Virus record (IMG/VR): IMGVR_UViG_3300020048_000048
Coordinates: 1 to 64,000 of that record
Length of the DNA stretch: 64,000 nt
Origin: a virus
Reading direction: 5' to 3' (one strand)
This document shows, in pieces, positions 55,203 through 63,886 of this stretch; position 1 is the stretch's first letter; each line of letters begins with the position of its first letter. The notes below the pieces were generated by a model. That model made no database searches and had not been told where the DNA came from. It worked only from the letters and a program-made list of their open reading frames with translations. The translations under genes were made by a program, and so were the position numbers.

Positions 55203-55979
55203 TTACCTCACTGCTTTATTAAAATCGTCCATGTAGAAGTATTCTCCACATGACGAACAAGTATTTATTAAATTATCAACATCCATTGTGGTACTTTTTC
55301 CACAAGTTCCACAACAAACGTTCATTTTATTATTTTTTATTGATTTTTCAACTTTTAAACTAAAAACCTTAGAATCAATTTCGGATTTTAATTTCTTAAT
55401 CTGAATATCTAAACTTTCATTAAGAATTTTTACCTGAGTTTCATAATCCATGTGCTTAATAACCTCCTTTAAGGTTTTTTGATTTTTGCTTTTTGTTACT
55501 TTCATTTGTTTTGGTTTTACAAGGCAATATTTATTTACTGGACGAACAGTTAATGCAACTGATAAAACTTCCATGTGTTTTAGCAATTGTTTAACACTTT
55601 GCCCATTGAATGTTGTATTTTTCACATGAACTGCATATCCATCAATTGAACACCTCATTTGCATCTTGTGCTGAGGATTTTGTTCAATAAATGTCATTAG
55701 TTCTTGAACTGATTGTCCATCCTGATGATCTAACAATTTACCTTCAAAGTATAAAAAAGGAGCATTACATGTATTCCATAATTCTAATTGTTCTGGAGTT
55801 GAACATTCATCGGAGGAGAATATTTTTTTAGAAAAAGTAATAGCACCAACTACTCGTTTTATTGAGTAAGCGTGTTCATCAATAATTGAAGTAAAGTTAT
55901 TTGTATTCAAAGACTCAAGGTCTATAACCTCACTTGTAATATCGATTTTTTCACATGTTGCAATTCCGTAAACGTCCAT
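55203..55979 (-). CDS. Prohead (maturation) protease with a C-terminal Zn ribbon
   Basis: VYGIATCEKIDITSEVI, DEH, CSIDG, SVALTVRPVN (U9/U35-type motifs); C-terminal CGTC...CSSC. Confidence 0.75.
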   Translation of the reverse strand: MDVYGIATCEKIDITSEVIDLESLNTNNFTSIIDEHAYSIKRVVGAITFSKKIFSSDECSTPEQLELWNTCNAPFLYFEGKLLDHQDGQSVQELMTFIEQNPQHKMQMRCSIDGYAVHVKNTTFNGQSVKQLLKHMEVLSVALTVRPVNKYCLVKPKQMKVTKSKNQKTLKEVIKHMDYETQVKILNESLDIQIKKLKSEIDSKVFSLKVEKSIKNNKMNVCCGTCGKSTTMDVDNLINTCSSCGEYFYMDDFNKAVR

Positions 55980-56025
55980 TTTAAAAGCCTCCGTTTGGTT
56001 TATTTTAAAGTTTTTTAAAAAATGT

Positions 56026-56052
56026 TAAAGTTTTAAATAAAAGTTCCGTTAA
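56026..56052 (+). promoter_or_regulatory. sigma28-like promoter, back-to-back with the late box at 56000-56007
   Basis: TAAAGTTT-N11-TCCGTTAA. Confidence 0.75.
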
Positions 56053-56305
56053 GAATAATGAGTGGGTTCCCTCACTCTTAATTTTGAAAGGAGTTTTTTA
56101 TGCGGACGATTGTAAAGATTTTAATAGATTGTCTGTATATAAGTAATTTAAGGAATACTTTTTTACTTTAAATACAGGTTATAATGGCTTTTTTAAATGG
56201 ACTAAGGATAGACTTGAAGACTTTTGCAATAATGTAGATTTCTTGGAGTTAATTTCTTACACCCAATATAATCAAGCAGATAGACTGCTTAAAAGAGAGG
56301 TAATT

Positions 56306-56824
56306 ATGTTAATTGGTATTAATGGTTATCAGAGAGTTGGCAAGGATACGTTTTTATTACTTGCAAATAAACTGTCCTGTGGAAAATTTGGGAGGGTTGG
56401 TTTGGCTGACCCTTTGAGAGCTTTTAGTTACGCTGTATTTGGTGAATATGGTGATGAAATGAAAGAGATTGTTAATGACCAGTTAGGATTTTCACCAAGA
56501 ATCTTAATGCAAAAATGTGGGACTGAGTTTATGAGAAACACATTTGGTGATGATATTTGGCTCAGAATTGCTAAAAACAAAATTGACCAAATCAATAATG
56601 ATGGGAAAATTCCCGTTATAACTGATGTAAGATTTAGCAATGAAGCAGAATTTGTAAAGAATCAGGGTGGCATTGTTATTCAAATTAAAAGAAATGGGTT
56701 TGGAGGATCTGGACATGCGTCTGAAAAGGGGATTGATGATAAGTTAGTTGATTTTATTATTGAAAATAACGGGACTATGCAAGATTACGAAAGAAGTATT
56801 AATAATTTTCTAATAAATCTTTAA
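56306..56824 (+). CDS. Deoxynucleoside monophosphate kinase
   Basis: IGINGYQRVGKDT, ADPLR, PRILMQKCGTE, ITDVRFSNE, HASE. Confidence 0.85.
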   Translation: MLIGINGYQRVGKDTFLLLANKLSCGKFGRVGLADPLRAFSYAVFGEYGDEMKEIVNDQLGFSPRILMQKCGTEFMRNTFGDDIWLRIAKNKIDQINNDGKIPVITDVRFSNEAEFVKNQGGIVIQIKRNGFGGSGHASEKGIDDKLVDFIIENNGTMQDYERSINNFLINL

Positions 56825-57353
56825 TATAGGTATAATTTTTAGGCTTTTCCTTAGTTAACAGATAAATTCCATATAAAAGAATGCCTACCGAATCAACAAT
56901 ATCTGACGGCAATTGTTTCTTTCCTAATTTTTCAGGAAATTGAATCCCCCAATCCTTATCTAAAGCTTCTTGGATGAATTTTTTATTAGCTTTAGTTTTC
57001 CAAAGTTCCTTTTGCTCTTTAGTTGGTGTGGATCTTGTCGAAATGTATTTTTTCCATTCTGAGGGAGAACATTCAAGGATGGTTGTATTACTTGTGTGGC
57101 AAATCATTTGTGTAATACCTCTTAATACAAAATTAACATCAACGCCTTGGCAAAATTTTCCACTGGTAAAAAAAGACTCCTGAATTATTGCGTCTGGAGT
57201 AAAAAGCATTATTTTTGCAATCAGTTGGTCGTACCACTTTTTGTAAACTTCTCCTTTTTCACCTTCTAATAAAATTAAACTACTTGTTATTTTTCCATCG
57301 TTGTAAAAGCTTATACCCGTTGATTTTGAAGGATCGATTGCAATCAGACGCAT
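56799..57353 (-). CDS. ruvC: RuvC-like Holliday junction resolvase
   Basis: LIAIDPSKSTG, IIQE, SPSEWKK, DIVDSVGI. Confidence 0.75.
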   Translation of the reverse strand: MRLIAIDPSKSTGISFYNDGKITSSLILLEGEKGEVYKKWYDQLIAKIMLFTPDAIIQESFFTSGKFCQGVDVNFVLRGITQMICHTSNTTILECSPSEWKKYISTRSTPTKEQKELWKTKANKKFIQEALDKDWGIQFPEKLGKKQLPSDIVDSVGILLYGIYLLTKEKPKNYTYIKDLLENY

Positions 57354-57382
57354 AAAAAATCTCCTTTTTTGTTGAAATATTT

Positions 57383-57409
57383 TAAAGTTATTTTTAAAAG
57401 TTCCGTTAA
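57383..57409 (+). promoter_or_regulatory. sigma28-like promoter
   Basis: TAAAGTTA-N11-TCCGTTAA. Confidence 0.75.
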
Positions 57410-57438
57410 GTAATTATAATTTGAAAGGAGGATTTTGA

Positions 57439-58575
57439 ATGAGTTTTCAATCATTTGCAAAAAATATGAAGCAAAATATAGCTTCTTATGCAGTAAAGCA
57501 ACAAGTGGAACAATTTGTAAGAACAAATGAACCATCGTTAGATTGGATTTTAGGTGGTGGTTTTAATATTCATAAAATCAATGTATTGTCTGGACCAACG
57601 GGAGTTGGAAAAAGTTTTGTTGCAATTAAAACAGCAATGGAATTGTTAAAAAATGAGCCAGATGATGTTGGCGTTCTTTTGTTGGACAGTGAATATTATT
57701 ACCACAATCAGCCAGAAAGGTTAAAACGATTAGAAAGAATGGGTGTTGACCTGAATCGTTTAATGATTATTTCGGAAAACCGAATTGATCAAGCGTTTGA
57801 GGTTTTAAAAGAAGTAGAAAATAGTAATTCAAAGGGTAATCGTGCTATTTGTGCAATTATTATTGACAGTATTAATGGTTTTGAAGAACCAACTGCATCT
57901 GCAAAGGCATTAAATGGAGAGTTGTCAAAATCGGCAAACACGTTTAGTGGACTAAGTAAAATTTTAAAAAACCTTGCAAAAATTCTTACAGGGATTTCTG
58001 CAAGAGGTGGAATTACCACGTTTCTTGTTGCACATTGTTACTTAGATCAAACTTATATTGGAGCTGGTAAAAAATACATTGTATCAGGAGGAGACCAGTT
58101 TAAATATTTTGCAGATAACATTTTGTTAATGACAAATGTTGAACGTAAGGATGCAAAAATTGGATTCTCTGGAGAGACTTTGGATAAGGACAAAGAGAAA
58201 GGAAGTGACCTAATCTTTCAAGGGAAAACCATCAGAGTACAGGCTCAAAAGTCAAGAAATGTGGTTGAAGGTCGTAAGTGTGATGTTAAGATTAACTTCA
58301 CCACTGCTGAATTTATTGATAAGGAAAGTTCTCTTTTTTATCTTGCTTTAAATCTTGAGGTAATTAAGAAAAAGTCAACACAAATTTATTTTGTTCCAAA
58401 AGGTGATAATGCCACATTGGAATTAAAAGCAACTGATTCAATAAAAGCTTTAAGAGATAATGAAGATTTGTTTAAATATGTTTTAAACAAGTGTATGTCG
58501 ATAACTCAAAGAGATGCAATTGATGTTAGTCTTGGGTCTGATGATATTATCGAAGAATTAACAGAGGAGGCTTAA
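57439..58575 (+). CDS. RecA/UvsX-like recombinase
   Basis: SLDWILGGG, SGPTGVGKS, LDSE, IIIDS, SGGDQFKYFA. Confidence 0.85.
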   Translation: MSFQSFAKNMKQNIASYAVKQQVEQFVRTNEPSLDWILGGGFNIHKINVLSGPTGVGKSFVAIKTAMELLKNEPDDVGVLLLDSEYYYHNQPERLKRLERMGVDLNRLMIISENRIDQAFEVLKEVENSNSKGNRAICAIIIDSINGFEEPTASAKALNGELSKSANTFSGLSKILKNLAKILTGISARGGITTFLVAHCYLDQTYIGAGKKYIVSGGDQFKYFADNILLMTNVERKDAKIGFSGETLDKDKEKGSDLIFQGKTIRVQAQKSRNVVEGRKCDVKINFTTAEFIDKESSLFYLALNLEVIKKKSTQIYFVPKGDNATLELKATDSIKALRDNEDLFKYVLNKCMSITQRDAIDVSLGSDDIIEELTEEA

Positions 58576-58576
58576 A

Positions 58577-59143
58577 ATGCAAGCTGATGATTTTCTAAAC
58601 GGACTTAATGATGATGTAAAACCTGTTAAAAAAGAGAGTATGTCTCTTACAATTGAACATGAATATTTAAATTTACCAGAGTTAAAAGTTCAATTTTCTC
58701 AAATTCAAAAAAAACTTGCACCGTATATGAATGTTACAACGCAACAGCACACAGTAACTTCTGAAAACGCTGGGATTGTCCTTTCTACTTTATCAGAAGG
58801 TTTTTTAGAGGTTGTAAAATATTTATCTCTATCAAATAATCAATTATCGTCTTTGGAAGTTGAAAAGAAAAGAATTGAGGCAAAAGTTGCCATTGAAGAT
58901 TACAGTGTTTATATAAAAGAAACGGCACAAAAAGGAACTGAAGAGTTTCGTAAAAGTTATGTAAATATGCATCCTGAGGTTGTTGACATTAGATTACGAT
59001 GTGCATTCGCCGAATCTATTAAAATAGAGCTTGACAATTATAAATCATGCTTGTTTATGTCACTATCGTCTGTAAAAGCTATAGCATTTTCGCAAAGAAG
59101 CAGTGATATGTTGAGTGGTGGGTTTAGTGGTGTTTTTAGTTAA
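58577..59143 (+). CDS. UvsY-like recombination mediator (putative)
   Basis: Helical protein right after the recombinase; TEEFRKSYVNMHPEV. Confidence 0.45.
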   Translation: MQADDFLNGLNDDVKPVKKESMSLTIEHEYLNLPELKVQFSQIQKKLAPYMNVTTQQHTVTSENAGIVLSTLSEGFLEVVKYLSLSNNQLSSLEVEKKRIEAKVAIEDYSVYIKETAQKGTEEFRKSYVNMHPEVVDIRLRCAFAESIKIELDNYKSCLFMSLSSVKAIAFSQRSSDMLSGGFSGVFS

Positions 59144-59150
59144 ATAAAAT

Positions 59151-59177
59151 TAAAGTTTTTTTTATTTATTCCGTTAA
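59151..59177 (+). promoter_or_regulatory. sigma28-like promoter
   Basis: TAAAGTTT-N11-TCCGTTAA. Confidence 0.75.
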
Positions 59178-59204
59178 GTAATGTAAGGCAGAAAGGTAGG
59201 TGTT

Positions 59205-59576
59205 ATGGAAATACATGTTTGGGCTTATAATAAAGCTCCAAAAGATAGTATAAAACTGGTTAATCCATTTAAAAAGCCAGTTTTAAGAAATGAATTTTTA
59301 AAGACGTTCGTTCTATGGATGAATGAACATGATGCAAGGTTGAAAGCAATTTCTCATTTTGATTTAATACCTCTACAACCAACTGTAGAGAGAAGTATTT
59401 TTTGGGAAATTCTTTTTTCTCAAGATATTTTTTTTCTTATGATGTTGTTTAAGAACACATCTAAAGCGAATAAGAAAATTAATATCGCCATGGTTACTGA
59501 TGAAGAAGTTATGAAGCTACTTGAATTAAATATGCTTCGTTTTAATATAAAAGTAATGAAAGGACAAAAAGTATGA
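59205..59576 (+). CDS. Hypothetical protein
   Basis: 123-aa ORF. Confidence 0.55.
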   Translation: MEIHVWAYNKAPKDSIKLVNPFKKPVLRNEFLKTFVLWMNEHDARLKAISHFDLIPLQPTVERSIFWEILFSQDIFFLMMLFKNTSKANKKINIAMVTDEEVMKLLELNMLRFNIKVMKGQKV

Positions 59577-60625
59577 GTTTTTTGGAACAAGCGTCTGCGA
59601 ATTTAGCCCCTGTTGAAATTGATAGTTTATTCTTTGAGAACATTCCTCAAGGAACAACAATTTTAAAATTATTCCCATTGCCTTTGATGAACGAGTATGG
59701 GCAATACTTGTCATTCTTAAATATCACAACATTCCCGTTTAAAAACAAAATGAAAGACGGTAGCGAGAAAGTTTTCTACCGATACGCAAAAAAAGATGAC
59801 CCAGTATTAGGCATTCATGATGGGTATATGGAAAAAATAAAACATCTTCCAACTGAAGAAAAAAAGGTTGAAAAGGAAAAGGTTAAAGAACTTTTTGCAC
59901 CAAGGTTTAGAATTATATGTTTGGCGTATAATTATACGTCAAAAAAACTTTCCCTTGTTGAAATGCCTTACACTCTTCGTAAAGATATTTACGGTGAAAA
60001 CGGCGTTGCAACTAAAAATAGGAATGTATTAAATCCACACTCAGAAAGTGGATGGATTGCTATTACTAAAACAGGTGAAAGATTTGAGACAAAATATCAT
60101 ATAGAAATTGCTCATGTGCAAAAACAAATAAAAACTGAAAGTGGAGAAATTGTTGAAGCTAAAGTTGAATTAAAAGAAAAAATTCCAGATTCAATTTTAA
60201 ATCAACCATTAGAGTTTTTTCCAAATCCAGAAAAAAAGCTTGAGAGGCTTTATTGGTCTCTTGAAATGATACAAGAACATATTAAGAGTAAGTTTAGGCT
60301 AACAAGGAATGGTATTTTGGAAAAATTAGGGATAAAAGAGGAAGATTCTAAACCAGTTGTGGAAGAATTGAAACAAGAAGTTGTTGCGCCTACAGTTCCA
60401 GTTGCAGAAGTTGTTCAGCCAGTAATTTCTCAACCAGTTGTTGCACCTACAATTCCAGTTGCAGAAGTTGTTGTGCAACCTGTAGTACAACCTGTAACAC
60501 CTCAGTCCGAAGTTGTGGTTGTAACTTCAACAATTCAACCAGTGGCTCCACCAGTTGAACAAAAAACAGAAGCACCAAAGTTTACTTCTGTTTCGGCTGA
60601 TGATTTTCTTAATGATTTAACTTAA
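59573..60625 (+). CDS. gp32-like single-stranded DNA-binding protein
   Basis: GTTILKLFP, ITKTGERFETKY, P/V-rich linker and acidic tail SADDFLNDLT. Confidence 0.6.
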   Translation: MSFLEQASANLAPVEIDSLFFENIPQGTTILKLFPLPLMNEYGQYLSFLNITTFPFKNKMKDGSEKVFYRYAKKDDPVLGIHDGYMEKIKHLPTEEKKVEKEKVKELFAPRFRIICLAYNYTSKKLSLVEMPYTLRKDIYGENGVATKNRNVLNPHSESGWIAITKTGERFETKYHIEIAHVQKQIKTESGEIVEAKVELKEKIPDSILNQPLEFFPNPEKKLERLYWSLEMIQEHIKSKFRLTRNGILEKLGIKEEDSKPVVEELKQEVVAPTVPVAEVVQPVISQPVVAPTIPVAEVVVQPVVQPVTPQSEVVVVTSTIQPVAPPVEQKTEAPKFTSVSADDFLNDLT

Positions 60626-62412
60626 ACTATTACTAAAAATGTTCCATGAACTTCTAACGTAACACTTCCACCTGCGATTTTAATATCAAAGGTGGTTCCG
60701 CTGTTTTGAAATGTAAACCCAGAAGGTGCATTAATTCGTATATAATTGGTTTCACTTGCCGTTGCAGTGTCGGTAATTCTATACATAGATTCTGAACTAC
60801 AGTTTGACAAAGTTACAGTTCTAACTCCAGTTCCACTTGTAATTAATGCCCACTCTTTGTTATTACATGTAATTGTTCCGTTCGTTTTTGTCGTTTTTGT
60901 CCAAACAACACCACCAGCAAGACTATCAAGTTTTGTTTTATCAGTAGAACTCATTAACCCCGCAACTGAAGTTGTTGCATTGTCAATTGTGACAACGCCT
61001 GTTTGACCGTTTACAGAAGTAACGCCTGTTGTTGGCGTTAATATCTCTTTCCAATCTGCAAGTGTTGAGTAACTGTTTGTTGCAAGAATGAACGTTTTAC
61101 TTAGGTCTGTACGGATAGCAACATCACCCTGACGAGCGTCAGTTAATCCTAACATTGCTAATTCCGTTGACACTGTAAATGTATCGGTGATTGCTATACT
61201 AGGAAGTTGTGATTGTGGAATCTTTCCTGCACTGTCTAAACTTGCATATCCGCTGGCAATTCCTTTATTTGCTGACTTTTCATAAATAGAAGGGATTTGT
61301 GATTCAGGAATTTTTGCACTTGAATCTAAACTTGCATAACCATCAGCAACACCCTTTTGCGAAACAACTTGAGTATTGTCAAGTTTTTCTTTATCAAGGG
61401 CACTCATTAAACCTTCAGATAAGGTTGTTGCAACTGAGGTTGCGTTTATATGTTGAGTTTGCGTTAAATGATAGCGTTCTGAAGCACTTCCTCCTTGGAT
61501 ACCTGATTTAGAATTGTGATCAAGGGAATTAACTGCACTTGAAAAGTCAGATATTGTTGACGCAGTTTGTGTTCCCGTGTGATTTGCACGATTCCTGTCT
61601 ACAGAATGGAAGTGTAAGGTAGAATCTCCAGACGCTGTTAAATCAGAGAATTGGCTTGCAGTTAAGTGTTTGTAATCACCTGCATTAAGGTTTGTTAAAC
61701 TATTGTGTTCTTGTGTAATTCCACCAATTTGGGAATCCACATATCCTTTATTTGTAAGGTCACTTGGAGCTGACGGGGCTGACGTTTGGGTTATTTTAAA
61801 ATCACCCATGTCAAAATTACCCTCAGCAGTTTCACTTCCGTCTTTTGGGAAACATGCCAATCCTCTTGCGGTATTTGATGAAATGGTCGAATCCATGTCA
61901 CTAATTTTTGCATCAAGGAATGTTAAACTTTCACTTAATACAAAAACAATCGACCCAACGATTTTAAACATCACATTTTTGTTTTTATTTATAACAAAAG
62001 ATGAAGTTCCATCTTGGAATGTTATTCCAGAAGGGGATAGTATTGTAATTGCGTTTGTTCCAGCATTTTGTGCCAAAACTGAAAAACAAGACCCATTTAA
62101 AGGACTTGTTGGAATTGACAGAGAAATTGGAGAAGTTGCCGTCACTCTTATGACGGAACCTAATGTAATTTGAGAAGAAACTGAAGCAGTCGCACTGCTT
62201 GTTAGTTGCAAATCTGCCACGTCTGATAGATATTTTATCCATTCATATGTTGACTTTCCTAACCAGTTTACCCATTCCATAACTGGCTTTTCACCTTTTG
62301 CAGTTTCAACATACGCCCAACCCATTTCCAACTTTTCATTAGAAGGCTCTACAACTTTAGCTGTTGGATCTATTGCCCATTTGGGCATTGTAATCGAAGG
62401 TTTTTGTGCCAT
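60622..62412 (-). CDS. Tail fibre protein
   Basis: PKWA...EP...GW...EKP...NW anchor; KGxAxGYASLDS twice; VTSVNGQTGVV; GLMSxxDKxKLD twice. Confidence 0.8.
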   Translation of the reverse strand: MAQKPSITMPKWAIDPTAKVVEPSNEKLEMGWAYVETAKGEKPVMEWVNWLGKSTYEWIKYLSDVADLQLTSSATASVSSQITLGSVIRVTATSPISLSIPTSPLNGSCFSVLAQNAGTNAITILSPSGITFQDGTSSFVINKNKNVMFKIVGSIVFVLSESLTFLDAKISDMDSTISSNTARGLACFPKDGSETAEGNFDMGDFKITQTSAPSAPSDLTNKGYVDSQIGGITQEHNSLTNLNAGDYKHLTASQFSDLTASGDSTLHFHSVDRNRANHTGTQTASTISDFSSAVNSLDHNSKSGIQGGSASERYHLTQTQHINATSVATTLSEGLMSALDKEKLDNTQVVSQKGVADGYASLDSSAKIPESQIPSIYEKSANKGIASGYASLDSAGKIPQSQLPSIAITDTFTVSTELAMLGLTDARQGDVAIRTDLSKTFILATNSYSTLADWKEILTPTTGVTSVNGQTGVVTIDNATTSVAGLMSSTDKTKLDSLAGGVVWTKTTKTNGTITCNNKEWALITSGTGVRTVTLSNCSSESMYRITDTATASETNYIRINAPSGFTFQNSGTTFDIKIAGGSVTLEVHGTFLVIV

Positions 62413-62414
62413 TT

Positions 62415-62879
62415 TTACTCTCCTGCTGTTTCGTTAAAGAAGAAACCACCTTCTTCACTTAACGTTGTTTTGAATCCCTTATCTTCACTGTTAAAACCAA
62501 ACCATACAAAAGGTTGTCCAGTGAAGTAAAAACTTGTAGTTGATGAAAAAATACTCCAAATAGTATTCTCAACTTGGTATCTTATTTTAACATAAGTTTG
62601 ACCATTTGACTTTAGAAACGACTTTGTGAGAATCTCAAAATCGACTAAATTATCTAACGGGTCAATATTTATAACATAATGAATAACATCAGCACTAAAA
62701 TTTTCATTTTGACAGATGTAAAGGTCAATAGAACTTGGACGATCTCCTTCCATTTTTGATTTAAATGGGTAAAGAAATATCTTTACCTGCCCTGTTAGGC
62801 TTTCTATTTTCTTTACCATAGGTGGGTATACATAACTTCCCCTACCTATGCCAGTTTTAATGTCCGTAAAAATTTCCAT
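62415..62879 (-). CDS. Putative baseplate/fibre-associated protein
   Basis: FN3-like TYVKIRY segment and FGF...GF...GG motif within the fibre operon. Confidence 0.45.
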   Translation of the reverse strand: MEIFTDIKTGIGRGSYVYPPMVKKIESLTGQVKIFLYPFKSKMEGDRPSSIDLYICQNENFSADVIHYVINIDPLDNLVDFEILTKSFLKSNGQTYVKIRYQVENTIWSIFSSTTSFYFTGQPFVWFGFNSEDKGFKTTLSEEGGFFFNETAGE

Positions 62880-62880
62880 C

Positions 62881-63366
62881 TCACCCTCCTACTTTGTAAA
62901 AAGTTGTGTTCACCAATCGTAATGTAAAACTTCCATTCATATCAACAATCCCATCAAGACTTCCGTCTTCAAATGTGTAACCTAATGGTAATATAAATGT
63001 TATCTTTCTTGCAGAAGAAGCTTTGCAAATAAATGTGCATTTTTGATTTTCCACAAGGTTTAAAGAGTTTACGTTTATTTGAATTTCTTCAGAAGATGCG
63101 TCTATAAAGAAGGCACCTCCAAAATAGATATTGCTTGAGCTGGATATTTTTGTTAAAGTTGTGTCGTTAAATCTTGTTACTTCGTCTAAATATTCAATCC
63201 ATTCATAAGTTGTTTTATGAAGCCAGTTTTGAATATCCATGATAGGTTTCTCGCCTATAGTTCCATAAGCATATTCCCACCCTGATTCTTTTTTTGTTTC
63301 TAATGGTTCTGCAACAATCGCTCCAGACGCTGTTGCCCATTTTGGCTTTTTCAATGGTCTATCCAC
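62881..63366 (-). CDS. Short tail-fibre paralog
   Basis: N-terminus homologous to 60622..62412 (PKWA...EP...GW...GEKPIM...NWL.K.TYEWI.YL). Confidence 0.65.
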   Translation of the reverse strand: MDRPLKKPKWATASGAIVAEPLETKKESGWEYAYGTIGEKPIMDIQNWLHKTTYEWIEYLDEVTRFNDTTLTKISSSSNIYFGGAFFIDASSEEIQINVNSLNLVENQKCTFICKASSARKITFILPLGYTFEDGSLDGIVDMNGSFTLRLVNTTFYKVGG

Positions 63367-63369
63367 ACT

Positions 63370-63819
63370 TCACCTCGCAATGAGTACAAAATACTCACCA
63401 ATTAATCTAAAAGTTAAACAGTTATTTCCAACATCTAAGATACAATCTGTTGAATCATCTTCAAATTTATAACCAAGTGGCGTTAGTATTTGAACATAAT
63501 TTGTTTCACTAATGTTTGGTCCTAATTTTATTAAAAAATAATCTCCTTGTTGCCACCCTTGACTTTCAATTTGAAGTTGACATGGAGAAGGAACAAATAT
63601 ATAATAGTTTGGACTAATTGTATCAACACTTTGACTTACAGCTTTAACCTTATTTGCCCATCCGTTGGATATACAGAAGGTATTGTGTTCATGTCCTATA
63701 TATGCTCTTTGGTTTTGTGCATACATATTCATCGCTTGTTGTTCTGGAGTTGGAGGTGTAGGAACTTCAACAACCCTTAAAGTGGATTTTGTTGTTAACC
63801 TATCTCTTACTATTTCCAT
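63370..63819 (-). CDS. Fibre-associated protein
   Basis: C-terminal PLGYKFED...LTFRL domain shared with neighbours; start set at 63819 by GGAGG RBS. Confidence 0.55.
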   Translation of the reverse strand: MEIVRDRLTTKSTLRVVEVPTPPTPEQQAMNMYAQNQRAYIGHEHNTFCISNGWANKVKAVSQSVDTISPNYYIFVPSPCQLQIESQGWQQGDYFLIKLGPNISETNYVQILTPLGYKFEDDSTDCILDVGNNCLTFRLIGEYFVLIAR

Positions 63820-63859
63820 GAAACGCCCCTCCGATAATTTCATTTATTTTAAACAAAAT

Positions 63860-63886
63860 TAAAGTTTAAAAAAAAAGAACCGTTAA
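63860..63886 (+). promoter_or_regulatory. sigma28-like promoter
   Basis: TAAAGTTT-N11-ACCGTTAA. Confidence 0.7.
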
